A stretch of 64,000 nucleotides of DNA from Raja brachyura (taxonomy: Eukaryota), in the NCBI GenBank assembly GCA_963514005.1, contig OY740807.1, positions 2,046,001 to 2,110,000 on the forward strand, read 5' to 3'. Under the pieces are notes generated by a model that worked only from the letters and a program-made list of their open reading frames with translations, did not search any database and was not told the DNA's origin. The translations under genes were made by a program, and so were the position numbers. The stretch's first letter is position 1; each line of letters opens with the position of its first letter. This document shows, piece by piece, positions 37,027 through 49,938 of the stretch.

Positions 37027-38197
37027 AGTGACTTTACATGTAGTTGAACAGCTTTGTCTTTACTTTGCTTTTCAGGAGATGGTTTAAATATCAAGCTGAA
37101 AAGTTACACAAGTTCTCACAAATATAATGTTTCTGTTCATTTAAAGTTGATATCCCCTCCCACCCCCCAAAAAAATTATTAACCATCAACATTTTTATTG
37201 CCCTTCTGGGCAATCTCACTTGCCAAGTTGCATGATTGATTCAATATGGTCACCTACTCCCATGATACATCTTCTTAGTGGGCACAGAGTAAAAGAGGTA
37301 CGATGTACATTCTAACGTATGGACTGGTCAGGTAATAATAATACAGTAACAAGTGTTTTACAAGAAAAATAAAATCCACTTAAAATAAAAAGTGCACTTC
37401 CATTCTCTTTATTTATTTTAAATTACAAAATCCTGGAGCAGAAGGGATATATTATGTATCTATTTTTCCCCTCTTGATGTTGTTGCTGTGTCTACCTTGA
37501 AAGGTGTCAAACAGATCGATTCAATTCTTTAGCAACTCACCTTGCTGTGACTGGGCACAACAGAGATTGATGATTGAAGATTCAAAAGGAAAAGACCCAT
37601 GCTAATTTTCAGTCCTTCACAGAAAACATGCTTGCATCAATCTGTAGTGTGCATGGTTAAGCATATATGTTACCATGCTCCAGGATTTATTGACACAGTT
37701 TGATCATACCCTGAATAATCCAACCACATTTTTGTTTGGAAGTGAAAAGAAATAATAGAAACATAGAAACATAGAAAATAGGTGCCGGAGTAGGCCATTC
37801 GGCCCTTCGAGCCTGCACCGCCATTCAATATGATCATGGCTGAACATCCAACTCAGTATCCCATACCTGCCTTCTCTCCATACCCACTGATCCCCTTAGC
37901 CACAAGGGCCACATCTAACTCCCTCTTAAATATAGCCAATGAATTGGCCTCAACTACCTTCTGTGGCAGAGAATAGTAAGATTAAACGAGAACTTACCAG
38001 TTTGAAGTTTGATCCTTATTTGATGAGAAGTTACGTTGAGGGATTACGTGAAGAAGCCTCGCCAGGCGCATGCGCGTCATACTTCAAAGCAGCGGCGTGA
38101 AAACACCGAAAACAAATAGCCGAAGTAACATAGTAAGGCTTTAAGAAGACTAGAACAACCACATGATCTCTTAGATTACGAGGGTGGGAGCGGAGGG

Positions 38198-38310
38198 CAC
38201 GTAATCCCTCAACGTAACTCCTCATACAATAAGGATCAAACTTCGAACTGGTAAGTTCTCATTTAATCTTACTATTTTACTTCGGAGTCACGTGAGTGAC
38301 TACACGAAGA
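38198..38310. repeat. DIRS internal complementary region (ICR, copy of the circle junction)
   Basis: 38198-38273 is the reverse complement of 37975-38050; 38274-38310 is the reverse complement of about 40492-40528; junction cttact-ATT-ttac. Confidence 0.92.
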
Positions 38311-38511
38311 TTTCAAAGCTCTGTGTTTTCATGCCGTAGATGCACTCCATACGACAATCTGCTTCGGTTGACATAGTAGTGAGTAAATAATATATTGAAC
38401 ATTGCTTCAAATTATTCAATAACTATTTTAAATAATAATAACAAAAACAGTAATAACACCTCTGTCCCCGGGGGAAATTACAAACAATTATATAAAAACA
38501 AAGCAAATGAA

Positions 38512-39525
38512 TTAAATGGAACCCAAAACAGCATGCCCAAACTGTGGCACTGTCTGTACAGGTTTGTCATAGAATTGTGAAAATGTTTTTTCTCTAGACC
38601 ATCCTGCGGCCGTGAGGATTTGGTCTAGCGGCATGTCCTGAGCCTTCGCCGTGGATGTTGATGCCTCCCTGGTGGAGTGAGAATTACATACATGAATGTC
38701 GACTCCAGCATAATTGAGAACCTGTTTCAACCATCTAGAAATAGTTTGTACTGACACTCTTTTATATGGCTTTTTGTGACTAATGAGCAATCCTGTCTCA
38801 GAACCTCTGAGACTCCTTGTTAACTCAAGATATTGGCTTAAGTGTTTAACTACACATAACATTTGGTCAACAGGATATGCTTTAAACGTCACCTTGGTTC
38901 CTGCCATACCTGGCCTGCATTGTTTGATTAAATCATAGACATAAAATGTAATGTCATCAACAGACAAATGCATACAATCTATTCGTAACAATTGTAATAT
39001 TTGTACACGTTGTGCTGAAACCAGCGCCATTAGCATAACCACTTTAAGAGTTAATCTCTGCATAGATAATGACATAATTGGAGCCCATTGCTGAAGCAGT
39101 GTGAGAACTATACTAATATCCCAGATTTCAGTATATCTAGGTTTAGGAGGGTTTTTGTTAAAAATTCCTCCCATAAATCGGGATACTAACGGATGAGACC
39201 CGATAGGTTGTTGTTCTGAAGACTGCCCCAAATAGGAGGACAAAGCACTCCGAGCACTGTTAATAGCACTATAACTCAAAGGTTCATCAAAAGGCAACTT
39301 AGCAAGGAACTCCAACACATCACACATGCTTGTAGTATAAGATATATTTGATTGTACACAGAACATCTCCCATTTCTTTATGTGAACCACATATTGTTTT
39401 TTAGTGCTATTCATCCAGGCTGCAGTGACAACCTCCATGGTCCTGGTCGACAATCTGAACTGACCATTCCAAGGCCTTGGAATGGTCTGTTCAGAACCTG
39501 CAGACCAACAAATTGATACGATCAT
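38512..39525 (-). CDS. DIRS tyrosine recombinase (probable start Met at about 39438)
   Basis: Open 337-aa frame with STKKQY, SAINSARSALS, VSAQR, SHSTR, AAGWS and TFSQFY (R, HxxR, W, Y catalytic set). Confidence 0.88.
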   Translation of the reverse strand: MIVSICWSAGSEQTIPRPWNGQFRLSTRTMEVVTAAWMNSTKKQYVVHIKKWEMFCVQSNISYTTSMCDVLEFLAKLPFDEPLSYSAINSARSALSSYLGQSSEQQPIGSHPLVSRFMGGIFNKNPPKPRYTEIWDISIVLTLLQQWAPIMSLSMQRLTLKVVMLMALVSAQRVQILQLLRIDCMHLSVDDITFYVYDLIKQCRPGMAGTKVTFKAYPVDQMLCVVKHLSQYLELTRSLRGSETGLLISHKKPYKRVSVQTISRWLKQVLNYAGVDIHVCNSHSTREASTSTAKAQDMPLDQILTAAGWSREKTFSQFYDKPVQTVPQFGHAVLGSI

Positions 39526-39566
39526 GTAACGGGTGACTTTCTCCTGTAACCGAATGCACCAACAAA

Positions 39567-40316
39567 TTACTGCAGCTGGGAATCATCATGAATGGCTGAG
39601 CCATCATCCTGAGTACTAATGGGACTTGTTGTCTCTTGCATGATAGATTGCTGGAGCTGGTGAGACACTAAATAATTGATATTGTTGGCAAGGTACTCCT
39701 CCATTGCCTCACCAGTCCCCTCCGGAATAGCAAAACTCATTGCAATATCCGGGACACCCAGAGCGTGGCTCTTGTGCTCTGGTGTATGCACATGAGCAGG
39801 GACACCAGAATCAGGGTCAGCTTCATCCTGCCCTGCTTCTCCCAAGTCATTCTGTAGGGAGGCATCCTCCAGTCCTAAACAAGGCGCTGGAAGGAAATCC
39901 CCTTGCTGATACTCCACACATTCTTCTTGATATGGGCCTTCTTGAACAGCTGTCTGGGGAATCACTGGGGCCTTTGACCCTTGATTTATCAAAGTTTGGA
40001 GCATGTTCTCCATATTTTGCATCCTCCCCCACATACTTTTATTATCTGGAGGGGAGTCTCCTTCTTCTTCAGACTCATCTGACAACACGGGTCTGATAGA
40101 CTTTCTTTTTGTCTGCCTATGGCTATCAGTGGCCTCAGGCTCCTGAGTCCCTGGAGCTGGTGTAGAAAGTTCACTCTCTAGTATAACAGCTGTCGGTAAA
40201 ACGGCACCCGGTATCGGAACCGGCGTTGCCGCGCTAATCTCCCTACCCGATCTAATTTGTGAATCCGCATCACTGGACCCACGCTTACTACGAACTCTCC
40301 TACCTGACCGCTCCAT
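39567..40316 (-). CDS. DIRS ORF1 (gag-like), truncated by the internal deletion
   Basis: 249-aa low-complexity ORF in first position after the left ITR; after about 39625 it reads through pol C-terminal sequence in another frame. Confidence 0.6.
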   Translation of the reverse strand: MERSGRRVRSKRGSSDADSQIRSGREISAATPVPIPGAVLPTAVILESELSTPAPGTQEPEATDSHRQTKRKSIRPVLSDESEEEGDSPPDNKSMWGRMQNMENMLQTLINQGSKAPVIPQTAVQEGPYQEECVEYQQGDFLPAPCLGLEDASLQNDLGEAGQDEADPDSGVPAHVHTPEHKSHALGVPDIAMSFAIPEGTGEAMEEYLANNINYLVSHQLQQSIMQETTSPISTQDDGSAIHDDSQLQ

Positions 40317-43300
40317 ACCACCGACTCTTACTGACTGCTCGAGCCAGCTTGACGGAGTTAAATACTCCCAGGCAAAGTTTTCAAAACCACTTACCTACGA
40401 AGTTTCTACTTACCACTGGTGGAGCTGCGCCCTCCAGCCCGTTCAGTGCGACATGCGTGGACGTAATGACGCGCATGCGCCTGGCGGGGCTTCTTCACGT
40501 AGTCACTCACGTGACTCCGAAGTAAAATTCTAGAGACACACCACTCTCTGTGTGAAAAAAAATGTCCTCATCTCGGTCCTAAAGGAATTCCCCCTTATCC
40601 TTAAACTGTGACCCCTTGTTCTGGACGTCCCCAACATCAGGAACAATCTTCCTGCATGTAGCCTGTCCAACCCCTTAAGAATTTTGTAAGTTTCTATAAG
40701 ATCCCCCCTCAATCTTCTAAATTCTAGCGAGTACAAGCCGAGTCTATCCAGTCTTTCCTCATATGAAAGTCCTGACATCCCAGGAATCAGTCTGATGAAC
40801 CTTCTCTGTACCCCCTCTATGGCAAGAATGTATTTCCTAAGATTTGGAGTCCAAAACTGTATGCAATACTCCAGGTGTGGTCTCACCAAGACCCTGTACA
40901 ACTGCAGTAGAACCTCCCTGCTCCTATACTCAAATCCTTTTGCTATGAATGTTAACATACCATTCGATTTCTTCACTGCTTGCTGCACCTGCATGCCTAC
41001 TTTCAATGACTGGTGTACCATGACACCCAGGTCTTGGTGCATCTCCCCTTTTCCAAATCGGCCACCATTCAGATAAAAGTCTACCGTCCTGTTTTTGCCA
41101 CCAAAGTGGATAACCTTACATTTATCCATATTACACTGCGTCTGCCATGCATTTGCCCACTCACCCAGCCTATCCAAGTCACCTTGCAGCCTCCTAAGCA
41201 CCCTCCTCACACCTAACACTGCCCCCCAGCTTTGCGTCATCCGCAAACTTGGAGATGTTGCCTTCAATTCCCTCATCCAAATTATTAATATATATTGTAT
41301 ATAGCTGGGGTCCCAGCACTGAGCCTTGCGGTACCGCACCAGTCACTGCCTGCCATTCTGAAAAGGACCCGTTTGCTCCTACCCTTTGCTTCCTGTCTGC
41401 CAGCCAGTTCTCTATCCACATCAATACTGATCCCCCAATACCGTGTGCTTTAAGTTTGTATACTAATCTCTTATGTGGGACCTTGTCGAAAGCCTTCTGA
41501 AAATCCAGATATAACACATCCACTAGTTCTCCCTCAACCACTCTACTTGTCACATCCTCGAAAAATTCTATAAGATACATCAGACATGATTTACCTTTTG
41601 TAAATCCATGCTGACTTTGTCCAATGATTTCACCACTTTCCAAATGTGCTGCTATCCCATCTTTAAATACTGACTCTAGCAGTTTCCCCACTACCAATGT
41701 TAGACTAACTGGTCTGTTATTCCCCTTTTTCTCTCTCCCTCCTTTTTTAAAAAGTGGGGTTACATTAGCTACCCTCCAATCCTCAGGAACTGCTCCAGAA
41801 TCTAAAGAGTTTTGAAAAATTATCACTAATGCATCCACTATTTCTGTGGCTACTTCCTTGAGTACTCTTGGATGCAGTCTATCTGGCCCTGGGGATTTAT
41901 CGGCCTTTAATCCATTCAATTTACCCAACACCACTTCCCGGCTAACCTGGATTTCACTCAGTTCCTCCATCTTATTGGACCCCCACTCCCCTGCTATTTC
42001 TGGCAGTTTATTTATGTCTTCCTTAGTGAAGACAGAACCAAAGTAGTTATTCAATTGGTCTGTCATGTCCTTGTTCCCCATGATCAATTCACCTGTTTCT
42101 GATTGCAAGGGACCAACATTTGTTTTAACTAATCTTTTTCTCTTCACATATCTATAAAAACTTTTGCAGTCAGTTTTTATGTTCACTGGCAGTTTTATTT
42201 CATAATCTATTTTTTCTTTCCTAATTAAGCCCTTTGTCCTCCTCTGCTGGCCTCTGAATTTCTCCCAGTCCTGTGGTTGGTTGCTTTTTCTGGCTAATTT
42301 GCATGCTTCATTTTTTGTTTTGATACTATCCCTGATTTCCCATGTTATCCACGGATGCACTACCTTCCCTGATTTATTATTTTGTCAAACTGGGACGAAC
42401 AATTGTTGTAGTTCATCCATGCAGTCTTTAAATGCCTTCCATTCCACATCCACTGTCAACCATTTAAGAATCAATTGCCTGTCTTTCTTGGCCAATTCAC
42501 GTCTCATACCTTCAAAGTTACCTTTCTTTAAGTTCAGAACCCTAGTTTCTGAATTAATGAGGTCACTCTCCATCCTAATGAAGAACTTAACCATATTATG
42601 GTCACTCTTGCCCAAGGGGCCACGCACAACAAGACTGCAAACTAACCCTTGCTCATTACTCAATACCCAGTCCAGAATAGCCTGCTCTCTCATTGGATCC
42701 TCTACATGTTGGTTTAGAAAACTATCCCGCATACATTCCAAGAAATCCTCTTTCTCAGCACCCCTGCCAATTTGATTCACCCAATCTATATGTAGATTGA
42801 AGTCACCCATTATAACTGTTTTACCTTTGTTGCACGTATTTCTAATTTCCTGTTTGATGCCATCCCCAACTCCACTACTACTGTTAGGTGGCCTGTACAC
42901 AACTCCCACTAGCAATTTTCTGCCCCTTAGTGTTTCGCAGCTCTCCCAATATCGATTCCACATCCTCCAAGCAAATGTCCTTCCTTTCTATTGCGTTAAT
43001 CTCCTCTCTAACCTGCACCAATACCCCACCTCCTTTACCTTTCCGTCTATCCCTCCTGAATATTGAATATCCCTGGATATTCCCAGCTCCCAGCCTTGGT
43101 CACCCTGGAGCCATATCTCCGTGGTCCCAACTATATCATAGTCATTAATAGCTATCTGCACCTTCAACTCATCCACCTTATTACGAATGCTCCTCGCATT
43201 GAGACACAAAGGCTTCAGGCTTGTTTTTACAACACTCTTACTCCTTATACCATTATGTTGAAAAGTGGCCCTTTTTGATTTTTACCCTGGATTTGTCTGC

Positions 43301-44564
43301 CTGCCACTTTTACTTTTCACCTTGTTACCTATTGCTTCTACCCTCATTTTACACCCCTCTTTCTCTCTGCTCACACATCAAAGAAACCCACCACCTCTTA
43401 TTCTCAGTTTATTATTTTTTTCTTCTTTCCCCCATACATGTTGGGTCTGAGTGCTTCCCTTCTCTGCCTCCTGCCTCAGACACTGTCTACTAGCTTTCTC
43501 TATTTGCCTCCCCCCAACCATGCTAGTTTAAAGTCTACCCAGTAGCCTTTCCAAATTTCCCCGCCTGGATATTGGTCCCCCTCGGGTTCAAGTGCAACGC
43601 GTCCTTTTTATACAGGTCACTCCTTCCCCAAAAGAGGTTCCAATGATCCAGAAACTTAAATCCCTGCCCTCTGCACCAGTCCTTCAGCCACGCATTTATC
43701 CTCCACCTCGCTCCATTCCTACTCTCACTGTCGCGTGGCACAGGCAGTAATCCTGAGATTGTTACCTTTGTGGTCCTTTTCTTATCTCTCTTCCTAACGC
43801 CCTAAATTCTCCTTTCAGGACCTCTTCTATTTTTCTACCTATGTCATTGGTACCAATATGCACCACGACCTCAGGCTCTTCTCCCTCCCTTTTCAGTATA
43901 TCTTGGACACGTTCAGACACATCCCAGACCCTCGCATCAGGGAGGCAAACAACCATCAAGGTCTCCGGACTGCGTCCACAGAATCCCTCATCTGACCCCC
44001 TAACGATAGAGTCCCCTATTACTTTTGCACTCCTCTTCTTTTCCTTAACCATGACCCACTTGTCTGCCTCCTGTGGTTTTGGAGTGACTACCTCTCTGTA
44101 ACTCCTCTCTATGACCTCCTCACTCTCCCTGACCAGATGGAGGTCATTGAGCTGCTGCTCCAGGTTCCTAATACACTCTTTTAGGAGTCCCATCTCGACG
44201 CACCTGCCGCAGATGTGGACGTCTGGAGGGCTACCCGACTCCATGACCTCCCACATCTGACATCCAGAACAGTAAACTGCCCTGGGCCTCATACTTCCCC
44301 CTACCCTGGATACAATACAAACTGCCGGAAGAAATCAGCAGGGATCTGACTGCCAATCAGCTGCTTACTCTAGTCCACTTCCATCAATCAGCGGCTTCCT
44401 CAAGCCCACTTAATTGAATAGAACGTTACAGATTTAGAAAGTTACAGATTTTGGTTCCTCCCTCACCAACGGCTCCTGGGCCTCTGAAAAAACAAAGCCC
44501 CTCGCTGGGATTTTACACTCACCGCTCAGACGTCGCTCCTCCCTCACCAACAGCTCCTGGGCCT

Positions 44565-44980
44565 CTACCTTCTGTGGCAGAGAATTCCAGAGATTCACCA
44601 CTGTGTAAAAAATGTTTTTGTCATCTCGATCCTACAAGACTTCCCCCTTATCCTTAAACTGTGACCCCTTGTTCTGGACTTCCCCAACATCGGGAACAAT
44701 CTTCCTGCATCTAGCCTGTCCAACCCCTTAAGAATTTTGTAAGTTTCTATAAGATCCCCCCTCAATCTTCTAAATTCTAGTGAGTACAAGCCGCGTCTAT
44801 CCAGTCTTTCTTCATATGAAAGTCCTGACATCCCAGGAATCGGTCTGGCGAACCTTCTCTGAACTCCTTCTATGGCAAGAATGTCTTTCCTCAGATGTGG
44901 AGACCAAAACTGTACGCAATACTCCAGGTGTGGTCTCACCAAGACGCTGTACAACTGCAGTAGAACCTCCCTGTTCCTAT
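44565..44980 (-). mobile_element. CR1 3' region fragment
   Basis: ORF 44595..44954 VRPHLEYCVQFWSP..GDLIETYKI. Confidence 0.88.
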
Positions 44981-45277
44981 AGAAATTGCATTATTGCAAC
45001 GTGTAAAAAGAGTTGAGATACTGTATTATAATTTTGTTATATGTCATTGTGATATATATCATGTCTTGATTGGTGAATATGTTTAGTTTGTGACTTAATT
45101 TGAAGCAGAATGTGTGAATGCTTCATTGAGCATAATTCCGACTGGTAACTACGCACTTCGTCCGAGCACATTATCGCACGCGTCATGCAAGCCGTTTTAA
45201 ATGACCACCTAAACTGACATTCGGCTTCCCTGAGCAGACTTCCCAGTTTAGTGAAATGCTTCATATCCAAAACTCAC

Positions 45278-47750
45278 CAAGGATCCAAGGAGAGATAGCA
45301 GAATGGATAGAAAATTGGCTCCAAGGAAGGAAGCAGAGGGTAATAGTGGAAGGTTGCTTCTCAGACCAGATACCTGTGACTAGTGGTGTGCCTCATGGTT
45401 TGGTGCTGGGTCCGTTACTGTTTGTCATCTACATCAATGATTTGGATGAGAACATACGGGGCAAGATTAGCTAGTTTGCTTATGATACAAAAGTTAGTGG
45501 TTTTACAGATAGTGAAGATGGTTGTGAACGTTTGCAGCAGGATGTGGATCGATTGGCCGTGGAGTCACAGGGAGAACATACAAACTCTGTACAGACAGCA
45601 CCCATAATCAGGATCAAACCCAGGTCTCTTGCAGTGTAAGGCAGCAACTCTACCAATGTGCAACCGTGCCGCCCAGAGATGAGAAAAAAACAAAAGGCTG
45701 CAAGTTAGAGAGAGAAGAGGCAAAAATCTGAAGCAAAAGGAATAGATCTTGTAAAGGGGATGAGGGAAGTGGTAAGTGTTGTTGGTTACCTAAAATTGGA
45801 GATTTGAACATGCATATTATTGGGTTGTAAGCTATTCAAGCGGAAGATACTGCTGTTCCTCCTGTTTGTGTGGGGCCACTCTGACAGTGGAGGATGCCCA
45901 GGACAGAAAGGTCAGTATGGGAAAGGGAAGGGGAATTAAAATGGTGTGCAACTGGGAGATCCAAAAGACCTTGGCAGACCAAGCACGAGTTTGGTGAAAC
46001 ATTCGCCTAACTATGCACGGTCTCGCCGTATAAAGGTCACATGGTGAGCACCAAATGCAGTAAATGAGGATGGAGGAAGTGCACATGAACCTCTCTTGCA
46101 CCCGGAAGGGTTGCTGAGTTGCTGGGTTCCCTGGGTGGATGTGAGGGGGGAGGAATAGAGATAGGAGTTACATCTCCTGCAGTTGCAGGGGAAACTACCT
46201 GGTGTGGGGGTAGTTTGGGTGGGAAGGGCTGAGTGAACCAAGGAGCTGCGGATGGAGGGGGGTTTGTAGAGCAGCACCTCATATTCCATGAGTATTCCAC
46301 TTCCACTTCCATATTCCACTTGTCATATTCCACTTCCTCCGGTTCACATTTTGCACATCTTCTTTTCTTATCTCACATCCTTTTCTCTTCTTCCCACATC
46401 TGGTCTTCATCCACCCATCTGCTAATCAAAGCACCCCTCACCTGTATCACTCGCAAGGCTTTGTCCCGTCCCACGACCTCTGTTGGTCTGGCAGAATGGA
46501 TAATTTAGAAAGGCTCTGGAATAAGGATGCCGGAAGATTGGTGGACTGTATTATGTTCTGCTTTGCTCTCCTTGCTATAGGAGCAATGTCATTAAACTCT
46601 AAATGGTACAGAAAAGATTTATAAGGATTCAGCCAGGAATCTAGAGAATAAATTGTAAGGCGAGGTTGGGAAGGCGAGGAATTTATTTGTTGGAGCATGA
46701 CAGACTGACGCATAATCTAACGGTGTTATGTAAAATCATTAATGGCATAGTGTCCCAGGGTAGAGGAATCATCAACTAATGCGCATCGGTTTAAAGTGCA
46801 ACAGGAAAAATTTTAAATGAAATTGAGCACTGTTTTTGCACGTAGATGGTTGTGGACATATGGAACAAATATGACCACAGAACTTCCAGAGGAAGTAGTT
46901 GAGGCAGGTACAATAAAAGCATTTAAAAGAGACTTGGACAGGTATATAGGTAAGAAAGGTTTGGAGGGTATGGGGCAAAAATGAGTAAATTGGACTAGTT
47001 TAAATGGGACATATTGGTCGGCTTGAATGAATTGGGCTGAAGGGCCTGTTTTCGTGCTGCATGACTATGCCATAGCCACAGAGGAGAGTCATTTATTGAA
47101 TAGATACAGCACAGAAACGGAACTTGCTATGCAATAGCCAGACTGCAAACTCCCTCTGCCACACCCTACACACACCCCAACTCAACAACTCATCCCATCC
47201 TCATCCCAACAATTCCGTTCATCCCACCCACCTATATCTCTTCCATTGGCTTCACATTTCACGCATCTTCTCTCCTATCTCACAGCCTTTTGCCTTCTTC
47301 GCATCTCTGGTCTTTGTCCACACATGTGCCAATTAAAATCCCCTCACCTGTATCACTCGCAAGGCTTTGTCCTTCACCTCCCCACAACAATAGGTCTGGG
47401 GAAGGGTCCCGAGCCAAAACGTCACCTATCCATGTTCTCCAGTGATGCTGCTTGCCCACTGTGTTAGCAGTACTTTGTGTGGATTTATTGTAAAGCCGCA
47501 TCTGCAGTCCCTTGTGTCTAAATATATGTCCAAATGAAATCGTAATTGAACTGCTTCTATAGATTCCACTGGTATTTCTTACGTGGGAACTCATCCAATG
47601 CAATTCAAAAATCCAACTGCAGCAACTCACCCACCAACCCACATGTTTTGGGGACTTATGGGGAAACCGAGGTACCCAGTGCAGACCCCCGTGGTCACAG
47701 GCAGATCTTGCAAACTCCACATGGACAGCAGCAGTGGTCAGGATTGAAGC
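45278..47750. mobile_element. Mosaic of old CR1 (45278-45558, 46600-47070), V-SINE fragments (45560-45675, 47630-47750) and Penelope remnants (45780-46270, 47230-47520)
   Basis: Recognisable motifs of each family, heavily decayed. Confidence 0.65.
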
Positions 47751-49650
47751 GTTTGCTTGGTGCTGGTGAGGGCAGGAACAGGGAGATAAGGGATCTGAAT
47801 GTTTGGCTGAGGAGCTGGTAAGGGATTTAGATTCTTAGATCACTGGGTTATCTATTTTGGGTTAAGGGTGAATTGTACAAAAGGGACGGGTTGTACCCTA
47901 ATAGGCGGGGGACCAGCATTCTGGCAGGAAGGTTTGCCACTGGTGGGTATAAACTAAATAGTGGGAGGTAGGAGACAAATTGGAAATACAAGGATGGAGT
48001 TAAAGGGAAAGAGAGTATAGGAAAAGTTAAGAAAGTCACCAGGAAGACACGAGAATTAATGGGGCAGAAAGATCATGATGGGATAGGAGAGCATGGCCAA
48101 GTGAAATCGGAATCGATGTGAAAGGTGAGGTGAGAAATGGATTGGGGTGGAAGATTGCAACCTTCACGTGGTCCGCCCTGTTTCGACGAATGCAATCAAC
48201 CCGGCCTGCACAATCAAATAAGATCAAAGAGAACATGTTGTCCTACAACTTTAGGCTGTGCACGCCACACGCAAGAATAAGAAGAATAATTTGTGGATTA
48301 AATGTATTGTTTATGAATGCACGACGTGTAAGAAGTAAAGTGGATGAGCTTGAGGCCCAGTTGGTAGATATGACATTGTGGGGGTTACAGAGTAATGGCT
48401 GCAGGAAGATCTGGACTGGGAATTGAATATTCAGGGTTATACGTCCTATAGAAAGGATAGGCAGTGGGCAGAAGAGGTGGGGTAGCTCTATTGGTGAAGG
48501 ATGAAATTCACTCCCTTGCGAAGGGTGACATAGGAACTGACGATGTAGAATCGCTGTGGATAGAATTGAGGAATTGTAAAGGTAAGAAGGCACTAATGGG
48601 AGTTATCCACAGCCCCCTGAACAGTAGCCTGGACAGGAGTTTAAATGGCATTTAACAAAGGTAATGCCCACTGTGGTTATGGGAGATTTCAATATGCAGG
48701 TAGACTGGGAAAATCAGTTGCTTCTTGTCCCCAAGAAAGGGAGTTTGTGGATTGCCTCTGAGATGGATTCTTAGAGCGACTTGTACTGGAGCCCACCAGA
48801 GAGAAGGCAATTCTAGATTTAGTGTTGTCTAATGAACCAGATTTAATAAGGAAACTCAAGGTAAAGGAACCACTAGGAGGTAGTGTCCATAATATGATAA
48901 GCTTTAATCTGCAATTTGAGAGGGAGGTTGAAACAGAAGTGTCAGTGTTGCAGTTGAACAAAGGGAACTAAAAATGCATGAGAGAGGAGCTGGCCAAGGT
49001 TGACTGGAAAAGGATCCAGAATGACGGAGGAACTACAATGGCAGGAATTTCTGGGCATAATCCAGAAGATGCAGGATGTTATCCCACTTTTCAAGAAAGG
49101 AACGAGAGAGTAAATGGGGAATTATAGATGAGTCAGCCTGACATCGGTGGTGGGGAAGATGCTGGAGTCAATTATGAAATAAGTAATAATGGCGTATTTG
49201 GATAGCAGTAAAAGGATTGGTCCAAGTCAGCATGGATTTTTGAAGGGGAAATCCTGCTTGATTAATCTTCTGGAATCTAGTGTACCTGGACATTCAGAAA
49301 GCCTTTGATAAGGTCCCACACAGGAGATTAGTGGGCAGAATTAGAGCACATGGTATTGGGGATAGGGTGTTGACATGGATAGAGAGTTGGTTGGCAGACA
49401 GGAAACAAAGAGTAGTAATAAACGGGTCCCTGTCAGATTGGCAGACAGTGGCGAATGGAGTGGCGCAAGGCTCGGTGCTGGGGCCGCAAGTATTTACAAT
49501 ATATATTAATGATTTAGATGATGAGATTAAAAGTAACATTCGCAAATTTGCAGATGACACAAAGCTGGTGGCAGTGTGAACCGCAAAGAGGATGCTAGGA
49601 GTTTGCATGGTGACTTGGACAGGTTGAGTGAGTGGGCAGATGCAGTATAA
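47750..49650 (+). mobile_element. Degraded CR1 (ORF1 end, EN, partial RT)
   Basis: [39 protein letters not shown]. Confidence 0.85.
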
Positions 49651-49938
49651 CATGGCCGTCCAAAGCAAAGATTATAGAGGAGCAATCTTTGATTTGTACT
49701 CCACACATTGAGGTTGATGCCTCGTGTCTACTCCAGGTAAGTAGAATATTGCGTTGCAGGGGTCGGAGTCGGACGGAGCCTCGCCAATGGCCAGCCTGGT
49801 GACCAAGAGACCGTTCTCCCATCGCCGGGAGCGGCTGAATCTGAACCCAGCGGCTGTAACCCCAACACCAGACACCGCTGTGGCGGGGCCCACTCCCCTC
49901 GCCTCCTCCCGCCACCGTGGCCCAAGCCGTCTACCGCC

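Larger units (their letters stand above)
34490..37230 (+). mobile_element. Probable hAT-family DNA transposon remnant (outer bounds uncertain)
   Basis: 36679-37026 encodes a hAT C-terminal dimerisation domain (LPNICTLLDLVLT..SAEAERSFSRLKQLKT.IRSSL); left end aaattaacggttgcccggg with subterminal ttgccc/gggcaa motifs. Confidence 0.55.
37975..40528 (-). mobile_element. DIRS-type tyrosine-recombinase retrotransposon, internally deleted (gag N-terminus plus YR only)
   Basis: ITR cores at 38045-38080 and 40465-40500; ICR 38198-38310 complementary to both termini; AAT at both junctions; YR and gag-like ORFs. Confidence 0.92.
37755..44560 (-). mobile_element. Near full-length CR1 (ORF1 Cys motif plus SGNH esterase; ORF2 EN-RT) interrupted by a DIRS element
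   Basis: ORF1 43762..44292 and 43535..43741 (CSGC..CGRC, IGDSIVRG, HIGTND, DALHLN); ORF2 43209-40530; CR1 sequence ggcagagAAT|tc.agag is split by the DIRS; tail (aaacatag)n at 37755-37777. Confidence 0.9.

Noticed and set aside
38512-39525. Prophage integrase or bacterial contamination
   Set aside because: The recombinase sits within DIRS ITR/ICR structure nested in a vertebrate CR1.
43535-44292. SGNH esterase as a host gene
   Set aside because: It is the known esterase-type ORF1 of CR1 LINEs, in position upstream of ORF2.
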